Shown: positions 8,971-18,329 of the stretch, one piece after another
Numbering within the stretch: position 1 is the stretch's first letter
How the letters are laid out: every line of letters starts with the position of its first letter
DNA from: an uncultured Methanosarcinales archaeon
GTDB lineage: Archaea > Nanobdellota > Nanobdellia > Woesearchaeales > CAYMBN01
Assembly (NCBI GenBank): GCA_964388715.1
Contig: CAYMBN010000012.1
Coordinates: forward strand, 1 to 41,169
Direction: 5' to 3'
Length of the DNA stretch: 41,169 nt
Translations under genes and position numbers: made by a program
Notes under the pieces: model-generated
Told to the model about the DNA's origin: nothing
Databases searched by the model: none
What the model saw: only the letters and a program-made list of their open reading frames with translations

Positions 8971-9357
8971 ATGTCACGTAAAACAAAGGGTATTAATGCA
9001 GAAAGAGAACTTATCCATATGTTCTGGAATAATCAATGGCCTAGTGTTAGAATCGCTGGCTCAGGATCCATGAAATACCCTTCTGCTGATATCTTAGCAA
9101 GTAATAAGGTAAGAAAACTAGCTATTGAATGTAAAACATCTAAAAATCAAAAAAAATACCTCACAAAAGATGAAATTGAGCAATTAAAGCTTTTTGCAGA
9201 CATATTTGGCGCTGAACCATGGTTAGCAGTTAAATTTAATAAACAACCATGGTATTTTCTAAATATTGAAGATCTTAAAACAACTAAAAAAGGATATTCT
9301 GTTAATTTGGACATTATTAAACTAAAAGGATTATTATTTGATGAATTAATTAAATAA
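8971..9357 (+). CDS. hjc: Holliday junction resolvase Hjc
   Basis: KGINAERELI, RIAGSG, DIL...IECK (PD-D/ExK) motifs. Confidence 0.95.
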   Translation: MSRKTKGINAERELIHMFWNNQWPSVRIAGSGSMKYPSADILASNKVRKLAIECKTSKNQKKYLTKDEIEQLKLFADIFGAEPWLAVKFNKQPWYFLNIEDLKTTKKGYSVNLDIIKLKGLLFDELIK

Positions 9358-9450
9358 GGACATTCTAAGGGTTATAACACAAAAAAAACATAATTTATCC
9401 TACATTAATCAAAATAAACAAATAATTCCGCTTTTTCTTAATAAAAAGGA

Positions 9451-9510
9451 CAAAAAATACTTAAAACTAATAAAAAAACACAAAAATTTATTAAAATAAC
9501 AAAAAAACAC
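9451..9510 (+). repeat. Two imperfect ~30-nt tandem copies made of phased A-tracts
   Basis: caaaaaatacttaaaactaataaaaaaaca followed by caaaaatttattaaaataacaaaaaaacac. Confidence 0.5.
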
Positions 9511-9580
9511 TATTTTTTCCATTTAAAAAATAGAAAATTTTATAAATTTTTCTAACCATAAATTAGATGGGGTAATCCAA

Positions 9581-10321
9581 TTGAAATTATCAAATAAGCT
9601 CATTGACAATGTAATAAGTGAAGTTGCAGGAGATGATGTAATACCACTTGTCCGTTCATTAAAAAATAAGAAGAATGTCTCAGAATTTAAACTAGCTGAT
9701 TCAATAAAACAAGAAATAAATATCACAAGAAATATGTTATATCGACTTTTCAACAGCAATCTTGTTTCATTCACAAGAAAAAAAGATAAAAAAAAGGGTT
9801 GGTATGTTTATTATTGGACATTCAATGTAAAACAGATTAGATATTTAATTGATAGCTTAAAGAAAAAAAGACTCGAAAAACTTAAAGAAAGATTAGTTAG
9901 AGAAAAAGAAAGCAATTTTTATGTTTGCCCACAAAAATGTATAAGACTTGACTTTGATCAAGCAATGAATTTTGAGTTTAAATGTCCTGAATGTGGTTCA
10001 CTTATTGAACAAGAAGATAATGAAGAAAAAATTTTACAAATTGAAAAACAAGTAATACAAATTGAAAAAGAAATAAAAAATAAACTAAAAATGGAAAAAA
10101 TCCAACCTTCTAAAAAAATTAAAAGTAAAAATATTAAAATTAAGAAAAAACAGTCTTTAAAAAAGAGTAAGAAAAAAACCTCTAAAAGAACCAAAAAAAG
10201 AAAGTTTAAAAAAATTAAAGGTTCATTGAAAAGAATTAAATCAAAAAAAGTAAAAAAAAATATTAAAAAAGTAAAACATAAAAAACATAGGACAAAAGTT
10301 AAAAAAAGAAAAAGCCGTTAA
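9581..10321 (+). CDS. tfe: Transcription factor E alpha subunit with Lys-rich C-terminal tail
   Basis: Winged helix (RNMLYRL, GWYVYYW); Zn ribbon CPQKC...FKCPECG; TTG start after GGGGT SD. Confidence 0.92.
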   Translation: MKLSNKLIDNVISEVAGDDVIPLVRSLKNKKNVSEFKLADSIKQEINITRNMLYRLFNSNLVSFTRKKDKKKGWYVYYWTFNVKQIRYLIDSLKKKRLEKLKERLVREKESNFYVCPQKCIRLDFDQAMNFEFKCPECGSLIEQEDNEEKILQIEKQVIQIEKEIKNKLKMEKIQPSKKIKSKNIKIKKKQSLKKSKKKTSKRTKKRKFKKIKGSLKRIKSKKVKKNIKKVKHKKHRTKVKKRKSR

Positions 10322-10324
10322 AAA

Positions 10325-11230
10325 TTAAAACATCCATTTATTTTTCTTCTTAAGTTCTTGTATAAATGAAAAAGGATTATATACCCCTAGTTCTGAAATT
10401 ATTCCAGTAATTAAATCAGCATCAACTTTTTCAAAAGCATAATTATGAATTTGTACACCTTTAGGAGGATTTTTCCATATTTCTTTTGGTATTCTCTCTT
10501 CAATCTCTTCTTCATAACCAAAAATTGTTTTGGGATCAAACTTCCATGAATCAGTACAAGTATAAACAGGAATATCATGTTTATTTGCCACTTCTGCAAA
10601 CAATTCAGAACCAATTTTATTAATTACTTTACCTGTTGAAGTTATTGCATCAGCACCAATCAACATCATATCTGCTTTCTTTAATGCATAACGTGCACCA
10701 GAATCAACAAAATGTACAACAGGTATTCCTACTGCAGCAAGTTCTTTTGCAGTAATCCTTCCTTGATACAATGGCCTTGTTTCAGTATTATGAACCTCAA
10801 AATGTTTTCCTTGTTCAGCTGCTTTTTTCAATATTGCAGTTACAGTTGATGAATGACAATGTGTAAATATAATCATCCCATTTGTTATTTTCTTAGCACC
10901 AACCAACGCAATCATTTTATTTGAATTTTGTAAATGATGTATCGCTTTTTCAATTCTCTGTTTAAGTTCATATTTTAATGAACTAACATTTGATGGTTTA
11001 AGTTTATAAAAAATAAAATTAAGTGTATTCCTTAAACAAGGTTCAGTTGGTCTTGCTTTTGAAATAATTTCCTTTGACACAAATAATTTTTTAAGAAATT
11101 GATTTATATTTTTTGTTTCAGTGTTATTTATAATATACTTAATAGCTATAGCTGAATTAAGTGCAACATTGTTTGCACCTTGTATTTTTAATCTTTTAAT
11201 ATCTCCAACAATCTTTTTGAATTTATCCAT
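10325..11230 (-). CDS. Ribose-1,5-bisphosphate isomerase (eIF-2B family)
   Basis: IQGA, RPTEP, THCHSSTV, ETRP, GADAI, NKIG motifs. Confidence 0.88.
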   Translation of the reverse strand: MDKFKKIVGDIKRLKIQGANNVALNSAIAIKYIINNTETKNINQFLKKLFVSKEIISKARPTEPCLRNTLNFIFYKLKPSNVSSLKYELKQRIEKAIHHLQNSNKMIALVGAKKITNGMIIFTHCHSSTVTAILKKAAEQGKHFEVHNTETRPLYQGRITAKELAAVGIPVVHFVDSGARYALKKADMMLIGADAITSTGKVINKIGSELFAEVANKHDIPVYTCTDSWKFDPKTIFGYEEEIEERIPKEIWKNPPKGVQIHNYAFEKVDADLITGIISELGVYNPFSFIQELKKKNKWMF

Positions 11231-11255
11231 TGTTCAAAAAAAAGAAATAAATTTG

Positions 11256-11459
11256 TTATCTTCTTTTTTTCCTTCTTTTACCAACAAGTCTTTCTATTTT
11301 TACTTCTTCCCTTACAATCTTATTGGCCATTTTTTCTATATGTTTTTCTATTCTCTCAATCCTTCGATCAAGTAAAACAAGAACTCTTAATGCATATACT
11401 ATAGCAGCCAATGTACCAACAATTATACTTAATGTGACCTCTTGTAACCCAAGTGCCAT
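11256..11459 (-). CDS. Small single-TM protein with basic C-terminal tail
   Basis: ATG 11459 behind AGGTGGG SD; TM segment, then a coiled-coil-like region ending in KRRKKRR. Confidence 0.75.
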   Translation of the reverse strand: MALGLQEVTLSIIVGTLAAIVYALRVLVLLDRRIERIEKHIEKMANKIVREEVKIERLVGKRRKKRR

Positions 11460-11541
11460 AATACCCACCTCTCTTTTGTTATATATTTTATTATATATAT
11501 TATAATAAATATAATTATAATATAAAAAGCTTTCGACTTAA

Positions 11542-13239
11542 TTAGCAACTACCAGCTGCTACACCACCTGTATCACTGCTTAATTCATTACCACAATTCT
11601 CTAAATCATTGTACCTGCATAAATTTTGTTTAACAGTTTCTGAATCAATACCACTAAACTGATATTTTCCATTTGCTATCCATGTTGGTGATGCACCAAT
11701 ACCCATAGAGTTTGCAACTTTAATATCTTCTCTTAGTAAATCTTTTCCTTCATCTTTACTAAAACATGCCTGCACTAATTCAATATTAACTTTTGTATCT
11801 CTAGCACAATCTTTCCAATCCTTTCCTCTAACACCTTTTGTTGCTCTACAATACATATAATCAAACCATTGTTCAGTACTATGTTCTTTCACACATAATT
11901 GGATTATATTTTCATCAACTTCATATTGTCCATGTAAACTACTAAAACCATCTCCTTCTTCACTAGCAATATAATGAACATCATAAGTTATTTTATCACC
12001 AAAATTATCAATAACACCATTTAAAGCTTCAATTGCTTTTCTTCCATAAGGACAATCACTCATAATAAATACTTCTAAATGATTTTCTTTTTCTTTCCTA
12101 CATAAAAGACTTTGTTTACAACCAATATCACTACAATCTGTCTGCCCATTATTATCATCATCAACACCATTATCACAAATCTCTGCACTAGGATCAAATG
12201 AAGAACCTACCATTAATTCATAATAATCACCTTTTTTTTGAAGATAACGAGCTATGTTTGAATATCCTTCCCCTTGTTTAACACTTTCTCCAAATAAAAG
12301 TGCAGGAAGAAATTTTAAGTTATTTTTTGAATATATTTCTTTTCCAGCTGTAGAACTATAATCTACTTCAACAACATCCATTCCAGGAAACATAGATTTT
12401 AATTGACTTATTAAACTAACAGTTTCACAATCTTTACATCTTTTATCATTAACTACAATCATTTCAACTTTTTTTGGTTCAGGTATTTCATTACATTGTT
12501 TTGGTTTTGCTTCAAAACTATTACATATTGCCCTTATAAAATCCATCTCAGTTCTTCCACCATTATAAGATTGATCATTAATAAAAATTGTTGGTGAACC
12601 TCTTGCACCCACTTCACCTGCTTTTTTAGCAGAAGCACTAAGTAATCCTTTTCCTTCATCTCCTTCAAAACAAGTTTTTATAGCACTAACATCAAGACCA
12701 TTTTGATTTGCGCAAGATTCCCAATTACCTGGTATAGCTCTTGCATTTGCATTTTGACAAACAACCATATCCATATATTTATCAGGATTATACTTTGCAG
12801 CACACAATTGAACAATATTACCTTGTGTTTCTGGCTCTCCATGAAGTGAATTAAATTGACCATTACCTAAATCAGTTGAAATAAATTCTAAATTAAAATC
12901 AATTAAATTACCAAACTTATCTAAAACTGGTTTAATTGCATCCTCAACCTGGGTACCATAAGGACATTGTGACATAACATAAAAATCAAGTTTAACTTGC
13001 TCATCTGAAACAGTTGCATCTCCAATAACAGCACCTGTTGGCATCTTAATAGAACTAAAACCTCCTGTAAAAATAGAAATTATCAACAATAAAAGTAAAA
13101 CTCCACTTATTACTTGCCACATATGTGTTTTTTTAATTTTCATTTTTGGTTTTTTTTCTTTAATCTTTTCTCCAAGATTAACATTTGGTATTGAATTTTC
13201 AACTTTTTGAATTTCATTAATATTTTTATTATTTTCCAT
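11542..13239 (-). CDS. Membrane-anchored tandem thioredoxin-fold (GILT/DsbA-like) protein
   Basis: N-terminal TM; two repeats of MSxCPYG...F.SLHG..E...N..QLC...SPT; central CKDC; Asp/Cys-rich linker; AGGTGA SD. Confidence 0.8.
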   Translation of the reverse strand: MENNKNINEIQKVENSIPNVNLGEKIKEKKPKMKIKKTHMWQVISGVLLLLLIISIFTGGFSSIKMPTGAVIGDATVSDEQVKLDFYVMSQCPYGTQVEDAIKPVLDKFGNLIDFNLEFISTDLGNGQFNSLHGEPETQGNIVQLCAAKYNPDKYMDMVVCQNANARAIPGNWESCANQNGLDVSAIKTCFEGDEGKGLLSASAKKAGEVGARGSPTIFINDQSYNGGRTEMDFIRAICNSFEAKPKQCNEIPEPKKVEMIVVNDKRCKDCETVSLISQLKSMFPGMDVVEVDYSSTAGKEIYSKNNLKFLPALLFGESVKQGEGYSNIARYLQKKGDYYELMVGSSFDPSAEICDNGVDDDNNGQTDCSDIGCKQSLLCRKEKENHLEVFIMSDCPYGRKAIEALNGVIDNFGDKITYDVHYIASEEGDGFSSLHGQYEVDENIIQLCVKEHSTEQWFDYMYCRATKGVRGKDWKDCARDTKVNIELVQACFSKDEGKDLLREDIKVANSMGIGASPTWIANGKYQFSGIDSETVKQNLCRYNDLENCGNELSSDTGGVAAGSC

Positions 13240-13458
13240 TAATATCACCTTTAAATTAAATTACCCCTTTTGCTAAGGGAAAGGTTGATAGTTTTTATAT
13301 TTTGTGGAAAAAGATTTTGATTATATTTAGTATTCAAATCTATTCTATTTATAAATCTTTCCATTTTTATAACTAATTGGTAGTAAATTAATATAAAAAC
13401 ATATAAACTCAAAAAGATATATTCAACACAACACTTCTAAACCATTGTAAAGCTAATA

Positions 13459-13479
13459 GTTCCACAGGAAATTAAGGGG
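13459..13479 (+). promoter_or_regulatory. ORB-like (Orc1/Cdc6-binding) element
   Basis: GTTCCACAGGAAATTAAGGGG matches the archaeal ORB pattern TTCCA-N-GAAA followed by a G-string. Confidence 0.75.
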
Positions 13480-13544
13480 TTCCAATATGACTTAAAACAC
13501 AAAAACACCTGAATTTAAGCCTTTAAACCCCTTTAAACCCCATA

Positions 13545-13565
13545 TTCCAAAAGAAACTTAAGGGG
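13545..13565 (+). promoter_or_regulatory. ORB-like element
   Basis: TTCCAAAAGAAACTTAAGGGG, same orientation as the 13459 box. Confidence 0.65.
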
Positions 13566-13681
13566 CACACTACCTCAAAAATATACATTGCTATGATTTT
13601 ATTTATAAATAGAAGTATTTAAATATAAGTATCATTTATAAAGTATTTATAAAGGTATTTAAATACCTCGGGGGGATTTAA

Positions 13682-14299
13682 ATGGCAAAAACCAAAAAAA
13701 AGCCTAAAGCTAAAACTAAAAAGAAAGTACAAGCAAAAGCTAGTGTAAAACCAAAGGTTGTAAATGATATTGAAGTTGTTAATATTGTAGTATCTACTTC
13801 TTTAAAACATGATATCCCATTAGAAAAAATGGCTGCAACTTTAAGTAATACAGAATATAATCCAGAACAATTTCCTGGTCTTGTAATTCGTATTAAAGAA
13901 CCAAAAACATCTGCATTGATCTTTAGTTCAGGTAATGTTGTATGTACAGGTGCTAAATCAATGGAAAAAGTAAGAGAAAGTATAAAGAAAATCATCAAAA
14001 GCCTAAAGAAAATTAACATTGACATTAAGATTGAACCTGAAATTAACATTCAAAACATTGTAGCAAGTGGAAGTATTGGTATGGATCTTAATTTGAATAC
14101 ATTAGCTATGAAATTACCTAATACAGAATACGAACCAGAACAATTTCCAGGTTTAGTTTACAAGTTAATTGAAGCAAAAGCAACATTCTTGTTGTTTAGT
14201 AATGGAAAAATTGTTTGTACAGGAACAAAAAGTGAAGACCAAGTACATAAAGCAATTGATATGTTAATAACAAATCTAAAAAAAGTAACAAAAAAGTAA
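13682..14299 (+). CDS. tbp: TATA-box-binding protein with Lys-rich N-terminal extension
   Basis: Two repeats NIV.S...EY.PEQFPGLV...L.FS.G..VCTG. Confidence 0.97.
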   Translation: MAKTKKKPKAKTKKKVQAKASVKPKVVNDIEVVNIVVSTSLKHDIPLEKMAATLSNTEYNPEQFPGLVIRIKEPKTSALIFSSGNVVCTGAKSMEKVRESIKKIIKSLKKINIDIKIEPEINIQNIVASGSIGMDLNLNTLAMKLPNTEYEPEQFPGLVYKLIEAKATFLLFSNGKIVCTGTKSEDQVHKAIDMLITNLKKVTKK

Positions 14300-14305
14300 G
14301 TTAAC

Positions 14306-16324
14306 ATGGATCCAACATTACATATCAACAAATTTAAGGAATTTTTTGAACAGAATTATTATGCACAATTAATAGAAACAGTTAGAAAAGGAGAAAATTT
14401 CATGCTTGTAGATTTTATGGAACTCATGAAATTTGATCCTGAACTTTCTAATGATTTATTAGAAATACCAGAAGAAACAATCAAAGCAGCAGATAGTTCT
14501 ATTTTATTATTTGATCTTCCAAAAAAAATAAGAAATTTTAGAATAAGGTTTAACAATCTTCCAGAAACACAAAAAATCATGATAAGAAATATTAGAAGCA
14601 AACATATTGGAAAATTACTTTTGATTGATGGTGTTGTTAGACAAAAATCAGATGTTAGACCAAAAGTAACAGCAGCAAGATTTGAATGTCCAGGTTGTGG
14701 AAATGTTATAACAATTCTACAACTTGATTCAAAATTTAGAGAACCTACTAGATGTGGTTGTGGTAGAAAAGGAAAATTTAGATTATTAAGCAAAGAACTG
14801 ATTGATGCACAAGGACTTGTTTTAGAAGAAGTACCAGAACAACTTGAAGGAGGAGAACAACCAAAAAGAATGAGTGTCTTTTTACAAGAAGATCTTGTAA
14901 GACCTATAACAGAGAAAAAAACAAACCCAGGAAGTAAAGTAATAATTGTTGGTACTGTCAAAGAAATTCCTATCATGTCAAGAGATGGTGGAAAACTAAC
15001 ACGATATGATTTAATCATCGAAGCAAATTATATTGAAGGTGTAGAAGAAGACTTTTTTGAGATTGAAATCAATAAAGATGAAATTGAACAAATAATTGAA
15101 CTTTCAAAGGATCCAAAAATATTTCAAAAATTGCTTAATTCTGTTGCTCCTTCTATTTTTGGTTATGATAGAGTTAAAGAAGCTTTATTATTACAATTAG
15201 TTGGAGGAACAAGAAAAGTAAGAAGTGATGGTATGATAACAAGAGGGGATATGCACGTTTTATTAATAGGAGACCCTGGAAGTGGTAAATCACAATTACT
15301 AAAAAGGGTTGCAAAGGTAGCACCAAAAGCACGTTATGTAAGCGGAAAAGGTGCTAGTGGGGCTGGTTTAACAGCTGCTGTTGTAAAAGATGAATTTTTA
15401 AAAGGATGGAGTCTTGAAGCAGGTGCACTTGTATTAGCTAATAAAGGTATTTGTTGTATAGATGAATTAGATAAAATGTCAACAGAAGATAGAAGTGCAA
15501 TGCACGAAGCATTAGAAGGTCAAACAGTAACAATTAGTAAAGCAAATATTCAAGCAACCCTCCGCGCAGAAACAACTGTATTAGCAGCTGCAAACCCAAA
15601 ATTTGGAAGGTTTGATCCTTATGATATATTAGCTAAACAAATCAATTTACCACCAGCATTAATCAACAGATTTGACCTTATATTTGCATTTAAAGATTTA
15701 CCAGAACCATCAAAAGATGAAAAAATGGCAGCACACATTCTTAATTTACATCAAACACCAGACTTTGCTGAACCTGAAATTGATACAAAAATACTAAAAA
15801 AATATATTGGTTATGCAAAACGAACTGTTAAACCAACTTTAACTGATGGTGCAATAGAAGAAATAAAAAAATATTATTTAGAAATGCGTGGTAAGGGTGG
15901 TGAAGAAAGTGGTGTTAAAGCTGTTCCAATATCAGCAAGACAACTTGAAGCATTAGTAAGAATGGCTGAATCAAATGCTAAATTAAGATTAAGTAATAAA
16001 GTTACAAAAAAAGATGCAAAAAAAGCAGTTGATTTATTACACCATTGTTTATCACAGATTGGTGTTGATCCAGAAACAGGTAAAATTGATATTGATAGAA
16101 TAATAAGTGGTGTAACAGCTTCACAAAGAAGTAAAATATTTGTTGTTAAAGAGATTATAATGGAACTTGAAAACAGACTAGGTAAAACAATTCCAATTGA
16201 AGATATAGTAAAAGAATGTTCAAATAAAGGTATTGAGGAAGACAAAATTGAAGAAGTTATTGAAAAATTAAAGCGATCAGGAGATTTATTTGAACCTAGG
16301 CGTGGATTCGTCAGCCGTATATAA
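14306..16324 (+). CDS. mcm: MCM replicative helicase
   Basis: C4 Zn finger, GDPGSGKSQ, IDELDKM, LINRFD, SARQLE; no intein. Confidence 0.97.
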   Translation: MDPTLHINKFKEFFEQNYYAQLIETVRKGENFMLVDFMELMKFDPELSNDLLEIPEETIKAADSSILLFDLPKKIRNFRIRFNNLPETQKIMIRNIRSKHIGKLLLIDGVVRQKSDVRPKVTAARFECPGCGNVITILQLDSKFREPTRCGCGRKGKFRLLSKELIDAQGLVLEEVPEQLEGGEQPKRMSVFLQEDLVRPITEKKTNPGSKVIIVGTVKEIPIMSRDGGKLTRYDLIIEANYIEGVEEDFFEIEINKDEIEQIIELSKDPKIFQKLLNSVAPSIFGYDRVKEALLLQLVGGTRKVRSDGMITRGDMHVLLIGDPGSGKSQLLKRVAKVAPKARYVSGKGASGAGLTAAVVKDEFLKGWSLEAGALVLANKGICCIDELDKMSTEDRSAMHEALEGQTVTISKANIQATLRAETTVLAAANPKFGRFDPYDILAKQINLPPALINRFDLIFAFKDLPEPSKDEKMAAHILNLHQTPDFAEPEIDTKILKKYIGYAKRTVKPTLTDGAIEEIKKYYLEMRGKGGEESGVKAVPISARQLEALVRMAESNAKLRLSNKVTKKDAKKAVDLLHHCLSQIGVDPETGKIDIDRIISGVTASQRSKIFVVKEIIMELENRLGKTIPIEDIVKECSNKGIEEDKIEEVIEKLKRSGDLFEPRRGFVSRI

Positions 16325-16327
16325 AAA

Positions 16328-16978
16328 ATGCCAGAAAATAAAACAATTAAAAGACAAGTTGCACATATTGTACAAATAAATGATATAATTAATGCACCTT
16401 ACACAAAACAGGAAGGTTGGCAACCAAATTATTTAACTATAAACAACAAAAAAGTATCAAGAGTTAATATAATTGGTACAATTGTTTCTATTCCAACAAC
16501 AGAACTCAACTTTAATTCTGCTGTGATTGATGATGGAACAAACAATATAACAATTAGAAGTTTTGAAAATAATAATCTTATGAAAGTTTTTAACACTGGA
16601 GAAATAATACAAATAATAGGTAAACCAAGAGAATACAACAATGAAAAATATATCATCCCTGAAATAATCACAAAAATTAATGATAATAAATGGATTTTAG
16701 TAAGGAAAAAAATCATTGAATTAAATAAACTAAAACAACCTAAAACAATAACACAACCTGAAGAAAAAATTAAAGTCACAGAAGAAAATATTGAAGAACC
16801 AATAAAAAATGAATTTGAAAATATACTTAATTTTATTGCACAAAATGATAAAGGAGATGGTGTAGATATAACAAACATAATTGAAAATATTAAGGATTCT
16901 GAAAAAATGATCAATCTTTTATTAAAAGAAGGAGAAATATTTGAAATTTCACCTGGTAAAGTCAAAGTTTTAACTTAA
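16328..16978 (+). CDS. RPA2-like OB-fold protein with C-terminal winged helix
   Basis: RVNIIG...IDDGT..I OB fold; LLKEGEIFEISPG C-terminus; 3 nt downstream of mcm. Confidence 0.82.
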   Translation: MPENKTIKRQVAHIVQINDIINAPYTKQEGWQPNYLTINNKKVSRVNIIGTIVSIPTTELNFNSAVIDDGTNNITIRSFENNNLMKVFNTGEIIQIIGKPREYNNEKYIIPEIITKINDNKWILVRKKIIELNKLKQPKTITQPEEKIKVTEENIEEPIKNEFENILNFIAQNDKGDGVDITNIIENIKDSEKMINLLLKEGEIFEISPGKVKVLT

Positions 16979-17814
16979 AAAAATAAAGGTGTTACAAAAA
17001 CTTCTAAGAATGCAGCAATAATTAATATAATAAGTGATATTATAATTAATTCAGATGAATCTAATATTACTTTTTCAAATTTCTTTGTTTTATAATCATG
17101 TCTTATAACAGCAATCGAAATTATACCACCCGCTAATCCACCAACAAAATATGCAGCAATTTCTGGTATACCATGTATAGAATACCTTAACAATCCTAAT
17201 GAAGCAGCTTGAAAATAATTAGCAACAGTTGGTGAAGAATATTTTGCCAAAACAGATTTTACAAAATTACCAGTTGCTGTTCCTATAACAGAAGCATTCC
17301 AAGTTAATATAAATATAGCACCTACACCATAAATAAAAGCAAATAACACACAAAAAGTTAATACTTTAATATTATTAAAAAGAATTGCAAAAAAGGTTTG
17401 GAATATTCTTATATTATGACCTGATACCCTATTATTAATACCCATAATAGTTGAGGTTTGTATATTAAACAAATTTTGTACTGTTACCTTTGGTAAAACA
17501 ACATACCAAAATGCAAATGCAACAGTCATACCTAAAAACAACATTATCAAAAAAAACAAAACCTTAGAATGTTCCTTTAATATTTTTTTTTCACTTTCCA
17601 ATTCAAGATCCTTTTTTTCTTCTAATTTAATTGTTGCATAAATTAAGGGAACACAAGCCATAACAGTTAAAAAAACCATTACTAAACTAGCATATTGTTG
17701 AAAAATCCATAAAGATAAAAATATTGCAACACTAGTATAAATTAAACCATAAAAAAACATTTCCCAAGGCTTCTTCTCTGCTTTAAAAGGATTTATTAAA
17801 GATTCTAACACCAT
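16975..17814 (-). CDS. SpoIIM/DUF95-family membrane protein
   Basis: ILFNN, HGIPEI, AAFLEVFVTP motifs; multi-TM. Confidence 0.88.
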   Translation of the reverse strand: MVLESLINPFKAEKKPWEMFFYGLIYTSVAIFLSLWIFQQYASLVMVFLTVMACVPLIYATIKLEEKKDLELESEKKILKEHSKVLFFLIMLFLGMTVAFAFWYVVLPKVTVQNLFNIQTSTIMGINNRVSGHNIRIFQTFFAILFNNIKVLTFCVLFAFIYGVGAIFILTWNASVIGTATGNFVKSVLAKYSSPTVANYFQAASLGLLRYSIHGIPEIAAYFVGGLAGGIISIAVIRHDYKTKKFEKVILDSSELIIISLIILIIAAFLEVFVTPLFF

Positions 17815-17915
17815 TTTTCAATAATTTATTAATCAATGGTATTTATAAATCTTTTGTGTAATTCCAAATAAAAAGCGAAGATTTTAAATATAAAACAGAG
17901 TTTTCAAAAAATAAC

Positions 17916-18323
17916 ATGGATTATAAAAAATTACTAAAAAAAGTAAGAAGTGAACTACCTGATGTTGTTTTAACTAAAGAAAGGTTTGAGATACCAAAAG
18001 TAAGGGGACACATACAAGGTAATAAAACAATTATATCAAATTTCTTTCAAATAGCAAATTTAATAGGAAGAGATGTTAATCATATGTTAAAATATTTATT
18101 TAAAGAACTTGCAGCATATGGTGAAACTAGAAACAATTTATTAATATTAGGAAGAAAAATTTCCGCTTCCAACATTAATGAAAAAATCAAAAAATATGTA
18201 AACGAATTTGTTTTATGTAATGAATGTGGAAAACCAGATACAAAACTTGAAAAACAAGGAAATGTTTCCATCATGAGATGCCTTGCATGTGGTGCAAGAA
18301 AACCTGTTAAAACTGTAATTTAA
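17916..18323 (+). CDS. eif2b: Translation initiation factor 2 beta subunit
   Basis: RFEIP, GNKTII.NF, CNECGKPDT...CLACGA. Confidence 0.95.
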   Translation: MDYKKLLKKVRSELPDVVLTKERFEIPKVRGHIQGNKTIISNFFQIANLIGRDVNHMLKYLFKELAAYGETRNNLLILGRKISASNINEKIKKYVNEFVLCNECGKPDTKLEKQGNVSIMRCLACGARKPVKTVI

Positions 18324-18329
18324 TTATAT

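Noticed and set aside
13261..13283. Possible extra minus-strand ORB (TTCCCTTAGCAAAAGGGG)
   Set aside because: Lacks the GAAA half-site and the spacing is short; equally explained as a small hairpin.
14359..16965. Long antisense ORFs (219, 123, 178 aa) and other short shadow ORFs across the window
   Set aside because: They mirror well-supported genes on the opposite strand or frame and have no recognisable motifs.
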